DNA of 64,000 bases from Thermoanaerobaculum sp. (GCA_021154885.1 JAJKHS010000032.1:46833-110832); one strand, 5' to 3'; positions 19,928 through 30,192 are shown, counted from the first letter of the stretch. Notes: generated by a model not told the origin, from the letters alone. Numbers and translations: made by a program.

Positions 19928-20189
19928 GCGCTCCTGGCCCCATACTCCCTTCATCGCAGCACCCGAGGGGAGGAGAGGGACGGTACACCGGAGGGAGGGG
20001 CCGTCACTCAACTTTGGAGTCCTGCTCTGGAGTTCTATTTTTTTGATGGGGAGGAGAGGAGCTCTTAGTTTCTGATTCTTTGATTCAGTCCTGTATTAGG
20101 GGTGAGGCCCGGCGGAGCAATCCTGACCGGGCTCTTTCTTTTTGGGGCGGGTGCCTGTGCTGCCACCCTCCTGTACAGATCCTTGAACC

Positions 20190-23100
20190 CTACGCCGCCT
20201 CTTCCTCCTCCAGGGCCCGATCCTTCCGCGGCCACCAGCGCCCTACCAGCCCTCCCACCTTCTCCGTCCCGCGCAAATCGTCGAAGAGCGAGTAGAAGAC
20301 CGGTGTGGCCAGCAGGGTGAGGAGGAGCGAGAGGCTCTGGCCGCCGATGACCACCACGGCGATGGCCCGCCGCTCTTCGGAGCCCGGGCCGGTGCCGAGG
20401 GCCAGGGGGAGCATGCCCGCGACGAGCGCGAGGGTGGTCATCAGGATGGGCCGCAGACGGTCGCGGTTGCCCTGGATGATGGCGTCCAGCCGCTCCATGC
20501 CCTTGGCCCGCAGACCGTTCATGTGATCGATCTGCAGGATGGCGTTTTTCTTCACCACGCCGAACAGCACCAGCACGCCGAGCGCCGAGTAGAGGTTGAG
20601 CGTGTTGCCCGTTGCCCAGAGCGAGAGCAGGGCGAACGGCACGGCCAGCGGCAGCGAGAGCAGGATGGTCAGCGGATGGACCACGCTCTCGAACTGCGAG
20701 GCCAGGATCATGTACATGAAGATGATCGACAGCAGCAGCGCCCACACGAACTCGCCGTAGGTGCGCGCCAGCTCCTTGCCGCGGCCGGCGACCGCCGTGG
20801 TGTAGGTGGCGGGCAGGTTCATCTCCTTCACCGCCTGGCGCAGCGCCTCCAGCCGGTCCGCCAGCGCGAAGCCCGGTGCCACGCTCGCCCGCAGGCTCAC
20901 CTGCCGCTGGCGGTCCATGCGGTCGACACGGGAGGCCGTGATCTCCTCCTGCACTGTGACGAAGTTGCCGAGCTGGTAGAGCTTGCCGCCGCGGCCGGGG
21001 ACGTAGAGACCGAGGATCGACCGTGGATCGTTGCGCACGCCGTTGGTCAGCCGGAGCTGGACGTCGTAGTCATCGTTGATTCCGGGGTCATGAAAGCGGG
21101 AGACCTGGTCGTCGCCGCCCACCATCAGGCGCAGGGCGTCGGCGATGTTGGACATGTCGACCCCCAGGGTGGCGGCGCGGTCGCGGTCCACCACCACCCG
21201 CAGCTCGGGGCGGTTGAGCTTCAGCGTGGTGTCCGCGTCGACGATGCCGCCGATCTCCTTGGACCTCTCCCGCAGCCGCTCGGCATAGGTGGCGAGAGCC
21301 TGGAGGTCCGGCCCGCGCAGGACGAAGTCGATGTCCCAGTTGCCGCCGCCAATATTAAAGGACGTCACGTTGCGCACGCCGCAGCGCAGATCCTTGAACC
21401 GGCCCAGGCGCCGGCGGATCTCCGACATCACGTCGCTCTGGCTGTAGTTGTCGCGGAAGGCCGCCGCCGGATCGAGGTGCAGCAGACCCTTGAAGAAGCG
21501 GGGGATCGAAAACCGCCGCTCCTCCTGGGGCGCGAGGCGCACGAAGGCCGTCCCTTGATTGACGCCGCCCAGGAAGCCGCCGCCCGCCGTGGCGAGCACG
21601 CTGCGCACGCCGTGCGTCGTGCGAATCTCCTTCTCGACGGCCAGCATGGCCTCGTCGATGCCGGCCAGGCTGGTCCCCTCGGGGGCGTTGACGTTGACCT
21701 CGAACTCCGCCTCGTCCACGTCGCTGGGGATATATTCCACTTTGACCAGCTTGAAGATGGGGATGGAGGCGAGCATCACTCCGAAACAGATCAGGGCCGC
21801 CAGCCGCCGGTGCGCCATGGTGGCCCGCAGCAGCCGTTCGTAAAACCGATCGATCCGGGCGTAGAAGCCCTGGCGCGACCGGGCCGGCTCGTGGCCTGCA
21901 TTCGCGTGGCCACCGGCCGCGTCCCCGGCGCGCAGCATGCGGGCGCTCATCATCGGCGTCAGGGTGAAGGAGACGAGCAGCGAGACGAGCACCGCCGCCG
22001 CCGCCGTGAGGCCGAACTGATAGAGGAAGCGCCCGGAGATGCTCGACATGAAGGAGACGGGAACGAAGATGACCACCAGTGACAGCGTGGTGGCGAGCAC
22101 CGCGAGGCCGATCTCCTGCGTGGCCGCCTTCGCCGCCTCGAACGAATTCATCTTCTTCTCTTCAATGAAGCGGAAAATGTTTTCCAGCACGACGATGGCG
22201 TCGTCGATCACCACGCCCACCATCAGCACCAGGGCGAGCATGGTGACGCTGTTCAATGTGAAATTCAACGCCTTCATCATTCCGAAGGTGGCAATGGTGG
22301 AAGCCGGGATGGCCACCGCCGCGATCACCGTCGAGCGCCAGCTCCGCATGAAGGCGAGCACCACCAGCGAGGCCAGGATGGAGCCCAGGATCAGGTGCAG
22401 CTTGATCTCGTGCAGGGCGGCGTAGATGTAGCGCGACTGGTCGCGGACGACGTCGATCTTGAGGTCCGGAGGGAGCTGCGCCTGCACCCGCGCCAGCGCC
22501 TCCTTGACTCCCTCGATGACCTCGACGGTGTTGGCGCCGGACTGGCGCAGCACCTCCAGGGTGACGGTGGGCACGCCGTTGAGCCGGGCCAGCGAGCGCT
22601 GCTCCTTGGTGCCGTCCTCGGACTGGCCGAGGTCGCGCACCCGCACCGGCTGGCCGCGCAGGGTGGCCACCACCAGGTCGTTGAAATCCCGCGAGCTCTC
22701 GAACCGCCCCATGGTGCGCAGCGTCTGCTCCCGCCCGCCCGAGGTGACGTTGCCGCCCGGCGCCTCGGAGTTCTGGCGCACCAGCGCGTCGCGCACGGTG
22801 GCGATGGGGAGCCCAAAGGCCGTCAGCCGGTCGGGATCGATCCAGACGTTGATCGCCCGCTGGAGGCCGCCCACCAGGTTCACCTCGCCCACGCCTGTGG
22901 AGCGCTCGAGCTGGATCTTGACGATCTTGTCCGCGTACTCCGTCAGCTCGCGCAGCGGCCGGTTGCCCGAGAGCGCGATCGACATCACGGGCGAGGAGTC
23001 GTTGTTGAACTTGGCGATGACCGGCGGCAGGACGTCCTTGGGCAGGTTGCGGACGATCCCTGAGACGCGGTCGCGGACGTCCTGCGCCGCCGTGTCGATG

Positions 23101-23402
23101 TTGCGGTCGAGGTTGAAGGTGATGATGACGAACGAGGTGCCACCCGAGGAGACGGAGCGCAGCTCCTGGATCCCTTCGACGGTATTGACCGCCTCTTCGA
23201 TCGGCTGCGAGATCTCCGCCTCAGTCTCCTCCGTGGAGGAGCCGGGCAGGGTGGTGCGCACGGAGACGGTGGGCAGGTCCACTGACGGGAAGCGGTCGAC
23301 TCCCAGCCGGCCGTAGCTGGCGGCGCCGACCACCACCAGGGCGAGGATGATCATGGCCGCGAAGACGGGCCGGCGGATGCAGATCTCGGCGAGCTTTTGC
23401 AT
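20190..23402 (-). CDS. RND efflux transporter permease (AcrB/HAE family)
   Basis: 1070 aa. The N-terminus (ICIRRPVFAAMIILALVVVGAASYGRLGVDRFPSVDLPTV) is the canonical RND start, followed by 12-TM style hydrophobic blocks. Confidence 0.92.
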   Translation of the reverse strand: MQKLAEICIRRPVFAAMIILALVVVGAASYGRLGVDRFPSVDLPTVSVRTTLPGSSTEETEAEISQPIEEAVNTVEGIQELRSVSSGGTSFVIITFNLDRNIDTAAQDVRDRVSGIVRNLPKDVLPPVIAKFNNDSSPVMSIALSGNRPLRELTEYADKIVKIQLERSTGVGEVNLVGGLQRAINVWIDPDRLTAFGLPIATVRDALVRQNSEAPGGNVTSGGREQTLRTMGRFESSRDFNDLVVATLRGQPVRVRDLGQSEDGTKEQRSLARLNGVPTVTLEVLRQSGANTVEVIEGVKEALARVQAQLPPDLKIDVVRDQSRYIYAALHEIKLHLILGSILASLVVLAFMRSWRSTVIAAVAIPASTIATFGMMKALNFTLNSVTMLALVLMVGVVIDDAIVVLENIFRFIEEKKMNSFEAAKAATQEIGLAVLATTLSLVVIFVPVSFMSSISGRFLYQFGLTAAAAVLVSLLVSFTLTPMMSARMLRAGDAAGGHANAGHEPARSRQGFYARIDRFYERLLRATMAHRRLAALICFGVMLASIPIFKLVKVEYIPSDVDEAEFEVNVNAPEGTSLAGIDEAMLAVEKEIRTTHGVRSVLATAGGGFLGGVNQGTAFVRLAPQEERRFSIPRFFKGLLHLDPAAAFRDNYSQSDVMSEIRRRLGRFKDLRCGVRNVTSFNIGGGNWDIDFVLRGPDLQALATYAERLRERSKEIGGIVDADTTLKLNRPELRVVVDRDRAATLGVDMSNIADALRLMVGGDDQVSRFHDPGINDDYDVQLRLTNGVRNDPRSILGLYVPGRGGKLYQLGNFVTVQEEITASRVDRMDRQRQVSLRASVAPGFALADRLEALRQAVKEMNLPATYTTAVAGRGKELARTYGEFVWALLLSIIFMYMILASQFESVVHPLTILLSLPLAVPFALLSLWATGNTLNLYSALGVLVLFGVVKKNAILQIDHMNGLRAKGMERLDAIIQGNRDRLRPILMTTLALVAGMLPLALGTGPGSEERRAIAVVVIGGQSLSLLLTLLATPVFYSLFDDLRGTEKVGGLVGRWWPRKDRALEEEEAA

Positions 23403-23411
23403 TCTGATCCT

Positions 23412-24629
23412 CTAAAGAACCGCCTTCACGGTCTCGCCCGAGACGAGATTGCCTGGCTGCACCACCACGGAATCGCCGGGCTTGACGCCGTCCACGATCT
23501 CCACCCGGTCGCCGGCGTGGCGGCCGGTCTTGACCCGCTTCTCGACCGCCTTGCCGCCCTCGACGCCGATCACCTTGTCGATACCGGCGAAGGAGACGAT
23601 CGACGAGGCGGGGACCAGCACGGCCTGATCGGCGGCCTGGACGACGATCTCGGCGCGGGCGAAGGAGCCCGGCCGCAGCCGGCCGTCGGCGTTGGGCACC
23701 TCGGCCTCCACCATCAGGGTGCGGTTGTCCTCGCTGATCGACGGGCTGATGCGCGCCACCCGCCCCTCGTGCCGGCCGGGTTCGCCTTCGACCGTGAGGT
23801 CCACCCGCTGGCCCACCTTGACGCCGGCGGCCTCGCGCTCGGGCACGGCGAGGCGCAGCCGCAGGGGGTGGACCTGCACCAGCACGGCGATGGGCGTGCC
23901 GACCGCCACGTAGTCGCCGGCGTTGGCCAGCCGTTCGCGAATGGTGCCGTCGAACGGCGCGGTGAGCACCGAGTCGGCGAGCTGCTGCTGGGCGAGGCCG
24001 AGCTCGGACCGGCGCTGGCCGAGGATGGCCTGGCGGGTGCGGGCCTCCTCGACGGCCTCCTGATAGCGGCCGTCGGCCACGCCGAGGGAGGCCTCGGCAG
24101 CGTCGAGGTCGGAGCGGGGGATGAGCTGCTGCTCGAAGAGCCGCTGCATGCGGTCGCGGGTGGCCTGGGCCTGCTTGAGGGTGGCCGCGGCCTGGCGCAC
24201 GACGGCCGTCTGGTCGGGGGGAACGGCGGCGTCCGGCCCCTCGGGCGGCAGGCTGAGGCGGACCCGCGCCTGCACCAGGGCGGTCTGCGCCTGCTGCACC
24301 CGCAGCTCGAAATCGGTGGGCACCAGCCGGGCGATAGCCTGGCCGCGCCGCACCGGCGTGCCGATGTCCACGAAGATCTTCTCCAGGCGGCCGGCCACCT
24401 TGAGGCCGAGCGTCGCCTGCTGGTCCGCGGCCAGGGTACCGGACACGTCGACCGTGCGCGCCAGCCGCGCCTCTTCGGCCCTGGCGACGCGGACCTCGCG
24501 GGCCTCGCCGCCCGCTGCGGCGGCCTTCGCGCTCTTCCTCGCCGCCGCCGCGGGATCGCCGCCGCAGCCGGCCAGCAGGACGGACAGGGCGCTGGTGAGC
24601 GCCATCCAAATCAAGCACTTCCTCAACAT
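23412..24629 (-). CDS. RND efflux periplasmic adaptor (HlyD/MFP family), lipoprotein
   Basis: ATG 24629 gives MLRKCLIWMALTSALSVLLAGCGG (lipobox). Coiled-coil and beta-barrel MFP pattern. Sits 10 nt upstream of the RND gene. Confidence 0.88.
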   Translation of the reverse strand: MLRKCLIWMALTSALSVLLAGCGGDPAAAARKSAKAAAAGGEAREVRVARAEEARLARTVDVSGTLAADQQATLGLKVAGRLEKIFVDIGTPVRRGQAIARLVPTDFELRVQQAQTALVQARVRLSLPPEGPDAAVPPDQTAVVRQAAATLKQAQATRDRMQRLFEQQLIPRSDLDAAEASLGVADGRYQEAVEEARTRQAILGQRRSELGLAQQQLADSVLTAPFDGTIRERLANAGDYVAVGTPIAVLVQVHPLRLRLAVPEREAAGVKVGQRVDLTVEGEPGRHEGRVARISPSISEDNRTLMVEAEVPNADGRLRPGSFARAEIVVQAADQAVLVPASSIVSFAGIDKVIGVEGGKAVEKRVKTGRHAGDRVEIVDGVKPGDSVVVQPGNLVSGETVKAVL

Positions 24630-24722
24630 CGTCTCTCCCGGGGAGCCTCCGCGGAGGGCGGAGGCTGACAAACTACGGCTTCCAAGTTCAGAAGTTGCAG
24701 CCTACCCCCGGTATTCCCACCT

Positions 24723-26621
24723 TCAGGTCCGGTCCTTCAAATCGAGATTTCGCATCAGCCGGTGCAGATAGGTGGGATTCAGATCGAGCCGCTCGGCGGC
24801 GCGGGTGACGTTGCCCTCCGCCTGGGCGAGGGCGTCGAGGATCAGCCGCCTTTTGAAGGCGTTGACGCTCTCGTGGTAGTGGTCCACCGGACCGGCCGAG
24901 GCCACGGGGCCGGCTTCGAGCACGGTCTCCGGCAGGTCCTCCGGGCGGATCAGCTCACCTTCACCCAGCACCAGGGCGCGCTCGATGGCGTTGGCGAGCT
25001 CGCGGACGTTGCCTGGCCAGCCGTAGCGCTGCAGGCAGGCGCGGGCCTCCGGGGTGAACCCCGCGATGCGGCGGCCGAGACGCCGGCTGAAGAGGGCCGC
25101 GAAGTGGCTGGCGAGGAGGGAGACGTCCTCCCGCCGCTCGCGCAGAGGAGGCAGGGTCAGTGGGATCACGTTCAGGCGGTAGAAGAGGTCCTCGCGGAAA
25201 GTCCCCTCCCGCATCGCCTTCTCCAGGTCGCGGTTGGTAGCGGCCACCAGCCGCACGTCGGTCTTGAGGGGGCGGGTGCCACCCACGCGCTCGTACTCCC
25301 GCTCCTGGAGCACCCGCAGGAGCTTCGCCTGGATGGCGATCGGCAGCTCTCCCACCTCGTCGAGGAAGAGGGTGCCGCCTTCGGCCGCCTCGATCTTGCC
25401 GGTCTTCCTCTCCAGGGCGCCCGTGAACGCTCCCCTCTCGTGGCCGAAGAGCTCGCTTTCGAGCAGCGTCTCCGAGAGGGTCGCGCAGTTGACGGCCACG
25501 AAGGGCCGGCCCGAGCGCCGGCTGTTGCGGTGGAGAGATCGCGCCGCCACCTCCTTGCCGGTGCCGCTCTCGCCGAGCAGCAGGACGGTCGAGTCCGTGG
25601 GAGCGACGCGGGCGAGGACACGGCTGAGCTCCTTCATGCACGCGCTCTCCCCGATGATCTCCGAATCCAGGGCCTCCTCCATGCGCCGGTTCTCTTCGTG
25701 CAGCCAGGCGAGCAGCCGGGCATTGGAGAGAGCCGCCGAGGCGATGCCGGCGGCGGCGGTGAGGAGGTCCAGGTGCCGCTCGTCGAAGCGGGTGCCAGGG
25801 TCGCGAGTGTCGAGATAGAGAATGCCCAGCGGGCCGTCCGGCCCAGTCAACGGGGCGGCGAGCAGCGAGTGGAGCCGCGCCCCCGCGACGCTCTCGACGC
25901 CGCTCCACTCCCGATCCGTCTCCAGGGCGTCCTGGAACACGGCCATCCCCTCGGCCACGATCCGTTCCACCAGGTGGCGGGAGATGGTGAACGGCGCGGT
26001 CGAGCCGCCGCGCTCCAGGGCGAAGGAGGCCGCTGGCACCGGAGGGGCCCCTTCCAGCAGCAGGACCGCGGCGCGCTCGGCGGGGATGGTCTCCAGAGCC
26101 AGTTCGAGCAGCCGGCGGGCGATGGGCTCGACGGCATGGAGGGCATGGAGGTCGTTGCCGATGCGCAGCAGCGCCTGGAGGTCGCGAGCGGTCCGCGCCT
26201 CCTCGGGGAGGGCGGCCAGGATCGCCTCGCGCAGCAGGTACCAGGACTCCCCGCAGGCGCGGTGCACGGTGGTGGTGGCCGCGTCGTCGGTTCCGTCGTC
26301 GAGGAGGACGGCCTCGTTCGCGGTCTCCTCCGGCCGGCTCTCGAAAAGCAGAAGCGTATTGCCCAGCTTGATCCGGTCCCGGTGCTCCAGGTTCCGCTCG
26401 CGCACCGGCACGCCGTTGACGAAGGTGCCGCAGCGGCTGTCGAGGTCGCGCAGGTGGAAGCGCTCGCCGTCGGGCTCGACGACGCAGTGGTGCCGCGAGA
26501 CGGCGAGGTCGCGTAGGTGGACGGCGTTGCCGTGGTCGCGGCCGAGGGTCAGCCGCGCCGCCCCCAGGGGGAAGGTCTGACCGGCCAGCGGACCGGAGAC
26601 GGCGATCAGTCGCGGTTGCAC
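24723..26621 (-). CDS. Sigma54-dependent transcriptional activator with N-terminal FHA and GAF-like domains
   Basis: The FHA pattern is [25 protein letters not shown]...CGTFVNG. The AAA+ domain has GESGTGKE and [15 protein letters not shown]. The C-terminal Fis-type HTH is [24 protein letters not shown] start with an AAGGAGAG SD. Confidence 0.9.
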   Translation of the reverse strand: MQPRLIAVSGPLAGQTFPLGAARLTLGRDHGNAVHLRDLAVSRHHCVVEPDGERFHLRDLDSRCGTFVNGVPVRERNLEHRDRIKLGNTLLLFESRPEETANEAVLLDDGTDDAATTTVHRACGESWYLLREAILAALPEEARTARDLQALLRIGNDLHALHAVEPIARRLLELALETIPAERAAVLLLEGAPPVPAASFALERGGSTAPFTISRHLVERIVAEGMAVFQDALETDREWSGVESVAGARLHSLLAAPLTGPDGPLGILYLDTRDPGTRFDERHLDLLTAAAGIASAALSNARLLAWLHEENRRMEEALDSEIIGESACMKELSRVLARVAPTDSTVLLLGESGTGKEVAARSLHRNSRRSGRPFVAVNCATLSETLLESELFGHERGAFTGALERKTGKIEAAEGGTLFLDEVGELPIAIQAKLLRVLQEREYERVGGTRPLKTDVRLVAATNRDLEKAMREGTFREDLFYRLNVIPLTLPPLRERREDVSLLASHFAALFSRRLGRRIAGFTPEARACLQRYGWPGNVRELANAIERALVLGEGELIRPEDLPETVLEAGPVASAGPVDHYHESVNAFKRRLILDALAQAEGNVTRAAERLDLNPTYLHRLMRNLDLKDRT

Positions 26622-26642
26622 CCTGTGGCTCTCCTTTGGTTT

Positions 26643-26666
26643 GGATACAGTCTATCCGATCGGATA
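26643..26666. promoter_or_regulatory. Candidate activator-binding site (UAS): GGATA-N5-TATCC overlapping the perfect 14-bp palindrome TATCCGATCGGATA
   Basis: Palindrome at 26653-26666. It lies ~105 bp upstream of the candidate -24 element and ~30 bp upstream of the divergent activator gene. Confidence 0.3.
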
Positions 26667-26758
26667 CGCAAGCCGCAGCCCTGCGACTGCACCGCGGAAT
26701 CCCGGAAGGCCTTTAAATTCAAGCAGCTCGGGGTTTTATCCAGAGCGTGCCGGGACAT

Positions 26759-26773
26759 TGGCACCGGACTTGA
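26759..26773 (+). promoter_or_regulatory. Candidate sigma54 (-24/-12) promoter for the small ORF
   Basis: TGGCAC-cggac-TTGA has correct spacing and a perfect -24 TGGCAC. The -12 element reads TTGA rather than the consensus TTGC. It lies ~40 nt upstream of ATG 26816 and next to a sigma54 activator gene. Confidence 0.35.
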
Positions 26774-26815
26774 TATGCCAAGAGTCAGAGGGCAATAAAC
26801 AGAAAGGAAAATACG

Positions 26816-27034
26816 ATGTCTGCTCAGTCTAAAACATCGACCGTCTTCTTGGAGCCCGAGGTGAAGATAGACTTTTCGATCTCTCTTCGGAATGTCCTCG
26901 GAGACAAAGAGAAGAAGGAGTTCGACGAACCGGCGACTCCCAAGCTGGTGATCGACAGCAGCGGCCCGCCGCCGACTGGAGGCGGCAGCGGCGGTTCGCC
27001 GCCGACCCCGCCGCCATCCAAACCTCCTGGTTGA
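26816..27034 (+). CDS. Small hypothetical protein (72 aa) with Pro/Gly-rich C-terminus
   Basis: AAAGGA SD before the ATG. GC is lower than the surroundings. The C-terminus is SSGPPPTGGGSGGSPPTPPPSKPPG. I recognise no homology. Confidence 0.45.
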   Translation: MSAQSKTSTVFLEPEVKIDFSISLRNVLGDKEKKEFDEPATPKLVIDSSGPPPTGGGSGGSPPTPPPSKPPG

Positions 27035-27061
27035 GTGCCGGACGATGAGGGTTGACGTTGG

Positions 27062-27102
27062 GCCGGGGGTCACTTCGACGGGGTGGCCCCCGGCGTTTTC
27101 TT
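27062..27102 (+). terminator. Possible terminator hairpin after the small ORF (inside the 3' end of the convergent kinase gene)
   Basis: GCCGGGGG - 17 nt - CCCCCGGC followed by GTTTTCTT. Confidence 0.3.
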
Positions 27103-29736
27103 CATGAGACCCTGATACTCGGGATCGTCCTTTAGCTTGGCGAAGGCGGGAAGCTGGAACCAGCGGGGCTGAACACCTTGCGCCAGGGCTTTCTTAATGC
27201 TATTCAAGGCCATAGTTTTTTCGCCTACTACAGCGTAGACCAGGGCCGCCGCCTGAAGGACGTTACCGTCGTCCGGGCTCTTCTGGAGGGCGAGTTGGAT
27301 GTCCGCTTTGGCCTCCGCGACTTTCTCGAGGTGGGCGAGACACTGGGCTCGCGTTGCGTGGTCATATGGAGTGAGGCTGGCCCCGCTGAGATTGGATTCA
27401 AAGAGTAGACATGCATTGTTGTAGTGTTCCAGGGCGTTCTGCTCGTCGCCCCGGGCGAGCTCTGCGTCGGCGAGGCTGATGTTCACGGCTACATTGCCCG
27501 CATCGAGGTCAAGGGCATGCTGGAAAGCTTCGATAGCTTCACCATAATGCTTGAGGAGGACCCGCGCGTTTCCCAGGTTGGTGTAGTAGGGGCGCTGTCG
27601 GGACATTTTGATCAGTTGCTGATAGTAGACTTCGGCCAGGACGGGGCTGCCGTAGAGCAGTTCGATGTTCGCACGTTGCTCGAGCGCCCAGAGATTGTTC
27701 GGAGAGTCGGAAAGGATCTGCTCGAGCTGGCTCCGGGCGTCGGCGATGTTGCCGGTGCGGGCCTCGAGGTCGGCAAGAGAATAGAGGTTGTTCCAGGTGG
27801 GGAGCCGCTGGACGAGCTCGCGCAGTTCGGTCAGCGCTTCATCCTTTCGCCCTTCGCGCTCCGCGAGTTGGGAGTGCAGCAGAAGCAACTGTGGGTCTCC
27901 CGTCTTGAGCCGCTCAAGATTTTCGAGGGTAGCCTTCGCCTGGGGTATCTGGCCTCGGGCCATCTCCAGTTTGAACTGCATGAAGAGAGGCTGGGTCTCT
28001 CCGGGCGCCTGGGACTGAGCTTTCGAGATCAATTCTCCGGCCCGGTCGAGGTACAAAGTATCCCGAGTGGAATCGAACTGCGTTAGATACATGTCCGCGG
28101 CGAGAAGCTGTGCCTCCAGGAAGCGCGGGGACCTGGCGATTACGTCTTCGAGCTTCGGCAACAGATTCTGGATGGAGTCCGTGCGGAGTTTTCCCTGGAT
28201 CTCGATGAATGTGGCGTAATCCCAGTCGCTGGTTTGCAACCTGGGGAGGCTTGGCCGGGATCGGTATCCAGAATAACCTGCCTTAAGGCTTTGGGCTACC
28301 CCCTCTTCCAAGAGGTTGTGATCCTCTTTCTCCAGGGGGGCCTCGAAGGGATCACCGTTCCACAAGCTCTTGCTGGTAGAGCCCTCGACACGGTTCAGCA
28401 TGATCACGCACCTGTCGCCGGCATCGTCAACTGTCGGCACTAGAACCTCGTCCGCTGCGGCCGCCTTCGCTTTCGCCTTCAGAGAAGCCGGCGTCCCTAC
28501 GACTTCAGATGGATCGATCACCTCCATGCCTTCGAGCGCTCTCAAGGTCTTGAGTACAGTGCCCAGGACTCTTGAGGCTGCGAGGTAGAGCCGCTTGTCC
28601 TTTACCTCCGGCCGAAGCACCAAGACACGGCGGGGAGGCGGAGGTGCTGGAACAGGGCGGACGTAATAGTGGCGGACGGAGTAGATGGCGATTCCCAGGA
28701 TCAGCGCCCCCAAGCCGACGAGAGCGACCATCCGGAGCCGCTGGGACCCGGAAGCGGTCGACATCCCCGCCGTGGACTGCGGCGCCTGGGACGACCGCGG
28801 CAGCGGCTGGGACGGGGGCGGTGGAGTGGGGAAGTAGCCTGTCGGGAGATCGCTGAGCGTCTCCTCGGAGGTGGGGCTGGAGAGCGCGCCCTCGATGGCC
28901 TCCAACTCGCGCACGACCTCGTCCGCGCTCTGGGGGCGGTCGGCCGCGTCCTTTGCCAGCAGGCGCTCAACCAGGAGGCCGAGCCGGGGGGGCACGCCCG
29001 GACGGATCACGTCCACGCGTGGCGGGTGATGCTTCAGTACCTGGACGATGCTCTCCAGGCTGGTCGCTCCTCGGAACGGATACTCACCGGTCAGCACCTC
29101 GTAGAGCAGGACGCCGAGCGAGAAGAGGTCCGAGCGCCCGTCCACCTCGCCGCCTCTCGCCTGCTCGGGCGACATGGACCGGCAGGTGCCCACCACGCCC
29201 CCTCTCTCCGTCAACGACGGATCGCCCGCGGCGGATACGAACGGCTTGGCGAGGCCGAAGTCGAGGATCTTGGCATTCCCCGATGGCGTGAGGATGACGT
29301 TCTCGGTTTTGAGGTCGCGGTGGACGATCCCCGCCGCGTGGGCGGCGGCGAGGCCGGAGGCGATCTCCCGGGCGAGACGGGCGGCGTGCGCCGGCTCGAA
29401 GGGCCGGACCGTCAGCGCCTCGGCGAGCGTCTGGCCCGGCACGTACTCCATGACGATGCAGTCGCCGGCCGGGTCCTCTTTCAGATCGTAGATGTGCACG
29501 ATGGCCGGGTGGCTGAGCTTGGCGGCGGCCTGGGCTTCCCGCAGCAGGCGCTGGCGGAGAGTCGCGGTGAGGGCGCTGTCGTGGCGGATGCGCTTGACCG
29601 CCAGCTCGCGCTGCAGGCGCTCGTCCCAGGCGAGGAACACCTCGCCCATACCGCCCCGGCCGAGGGTCTTCAAGATCCGGTAGCCGCCGATCGAGTCTCC
29701 GCTCCCTGAGGGAGGCACGGGTTCCGACACGGACAT
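27070..29736 (-). CDS. Ser/Thr protein kinase with TM segment and C-terminal TPR repeats
   Basis: GRGGMGEVF, AVKRI, HRDLKTENVIL, DFGLAK and SPEQARG. TM is LVGLGALILGIAIYSV. TPR-like C-terminal half. ATG 29736 is preceded by GGAGGAG. Confidence 0.9.
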   Translation of the reverse strand: MSVSEPVPPSGSGDSIGGYRILKTLGRGGMGEVFLAWDERLQRELAVKRIRHDSALTATLRQRLLREAQAAAKLSHPAIVHIYDLKEDPAGDCIVMEYVPGQTLAEALTVRPFEPAHAARLAREIASGLAAAHAAGIVHRDLKTENVILTPSGNAKILDFGLAKPFVSAAGDPSLTERGGVVGTCRSMSPEQARGGEVDGRSDLFSLGVLLYEVLTGEYPFRGATSLESIVQVLKHHPPRVDVIRPGVPPRLGLLVERLLAKDAADRPQSADEVVRELEAIEGALSSPTSEETLSDLPTGYFPTPPPPSQPLPRSSQAPQSTAGMSTASGSQRLRMVALVGLGALILGIAIYSVRHYYVRPVPAPPPPRRVLVLRPEVKDKRLYLAASRVLGTVLKTLRALEGMEVIDPSEVVGTPASLKAKAKAAAADEVLVPTVDDAGDRCVIMLNRVEGSTSKSLWNGDPFEAPLEKEDHNLLEEGVAQSLKAGYSGYRSRPSLPRLQTSDWDYATFIEIQGKLRTDSIQNLLPKLEDVIARSPRFLEAQLLAADMYLTQFDSTRDTLYLDRAGELISKAQSQAPGETQPLFMQFKLEMARGQIPQAKATLENLERLKTGDPQLLLLHSQLAEREGRKDEALTELRELVQRLPTWNNLYSLADLEARTGNIADARSQLEQILSDSPNNLWALEQRANIELLYGSPVLAEVYYQQLIKMSRQRPYYTNLGNARVLLKHYGEAIEAFQHALDLDAGNVAVNISLADAELARGDEQNALEHYNNACLLFESNLSGASLTPYDHATRAQCLAHLEKVAEAKADIQLALQKSPDDGNVLQAAALVYAVVGEKTMALNSIKKALAQGVQPRWFQLPAFAKLKDDPEYQGLMKKTPGATPSK

Positions 29737-29784
29737 CACATCTCCTCCGCGCAATCGCTGATTAGGGAAGCCTTTCCTATTCTA

Positions 29785-30192
29785 CTACTCAAAAAGAGGG
29801 TTCGCGCCAGAGGAGGACCCTCCGGCGGTATCCTCCATGTCCCTGAAGTCCCTGCTTTGGCCTTCGCGCAGGCTCCTACGGCGCCAGCGAGTAAGGACGC
29901 AGGGCCTCCGCCGCCCGCGCCTGCTCTTCCGGCGTCGGCGGGGCTTCATCACCACGCCCAGCTTCGGCATGGACTCCTGGGACCCGTCCCGCTTCCCGTA
30001 CCATTTTTTGAGAGCAACCTCGTGATCGACCTCCTGCTGGGTCTGGAGCTGCTGGGCCGCCTGCCACTCCCGCTGATCGCGCTCGTAGTCCTTGGCGGGG
30101 AGGACGGGCGCCGGGCGACTCCACTCGCGGGCGGCGGCCCGGGCCTCGTCGAGGCGCGAGCCGTACTTGTGCCGGGCGAACTGGGTGTCCAT
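29785..30192 (-). CDS. Hypothetical protein (135 aa), immediately upstream of the kinase gene
   Basis: From ATG 30192 (MDTQFARHKYGSRLDEARAAAREW...) the frame shows high third-position GC and a plausible composition for ~85 aa, followed by an Arg-rich tail. No recognisable domain. Confidence 0.4.
   Translation of the reverse strand: MDTQFARHKYGSRLDEARAAAREWSRPAPVLPAKDYERDQREWQAAQQLQTQQEVDHEVALKKWYGKRDGSQESMPKLGVVMKPRRRRKSRRGRRRPCVLTRWRRRSLREGQSRDFRDMEDTAGGSSSGANPLFE

Noticed and set aside
20106-20146. Hairpin GCCCGG-N13-CCGGGC followed by a T-run, just past the RND gene stop
   Set aside because: The T-run is on the plus strand, whereas the only adjacent genes are on the minus strand. No supported plus-strand transcript ends here. 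It might be a weak bidirectional terminator, but I cannot support a call.
24630-24722. Possible sigma54 promoter (TGGAAG...GTTTGT) upstream of the RND adaptor gene, downstream of the sigma54 activator gene
   Set aside because: The GG-N10-GC spacing is not satisfied and neither element matches the consensus.
29839-29854. Exact 16-mer (gtccctgaagtccctg) shared with the deaD-upstream hairpin arm (484-499)
   Set aside because: A single 16-nt match between two sites in 64 kb of compositionally biased, internally repetitive sequence is roughly what chance predicts. This is not enough to call a repeat family.
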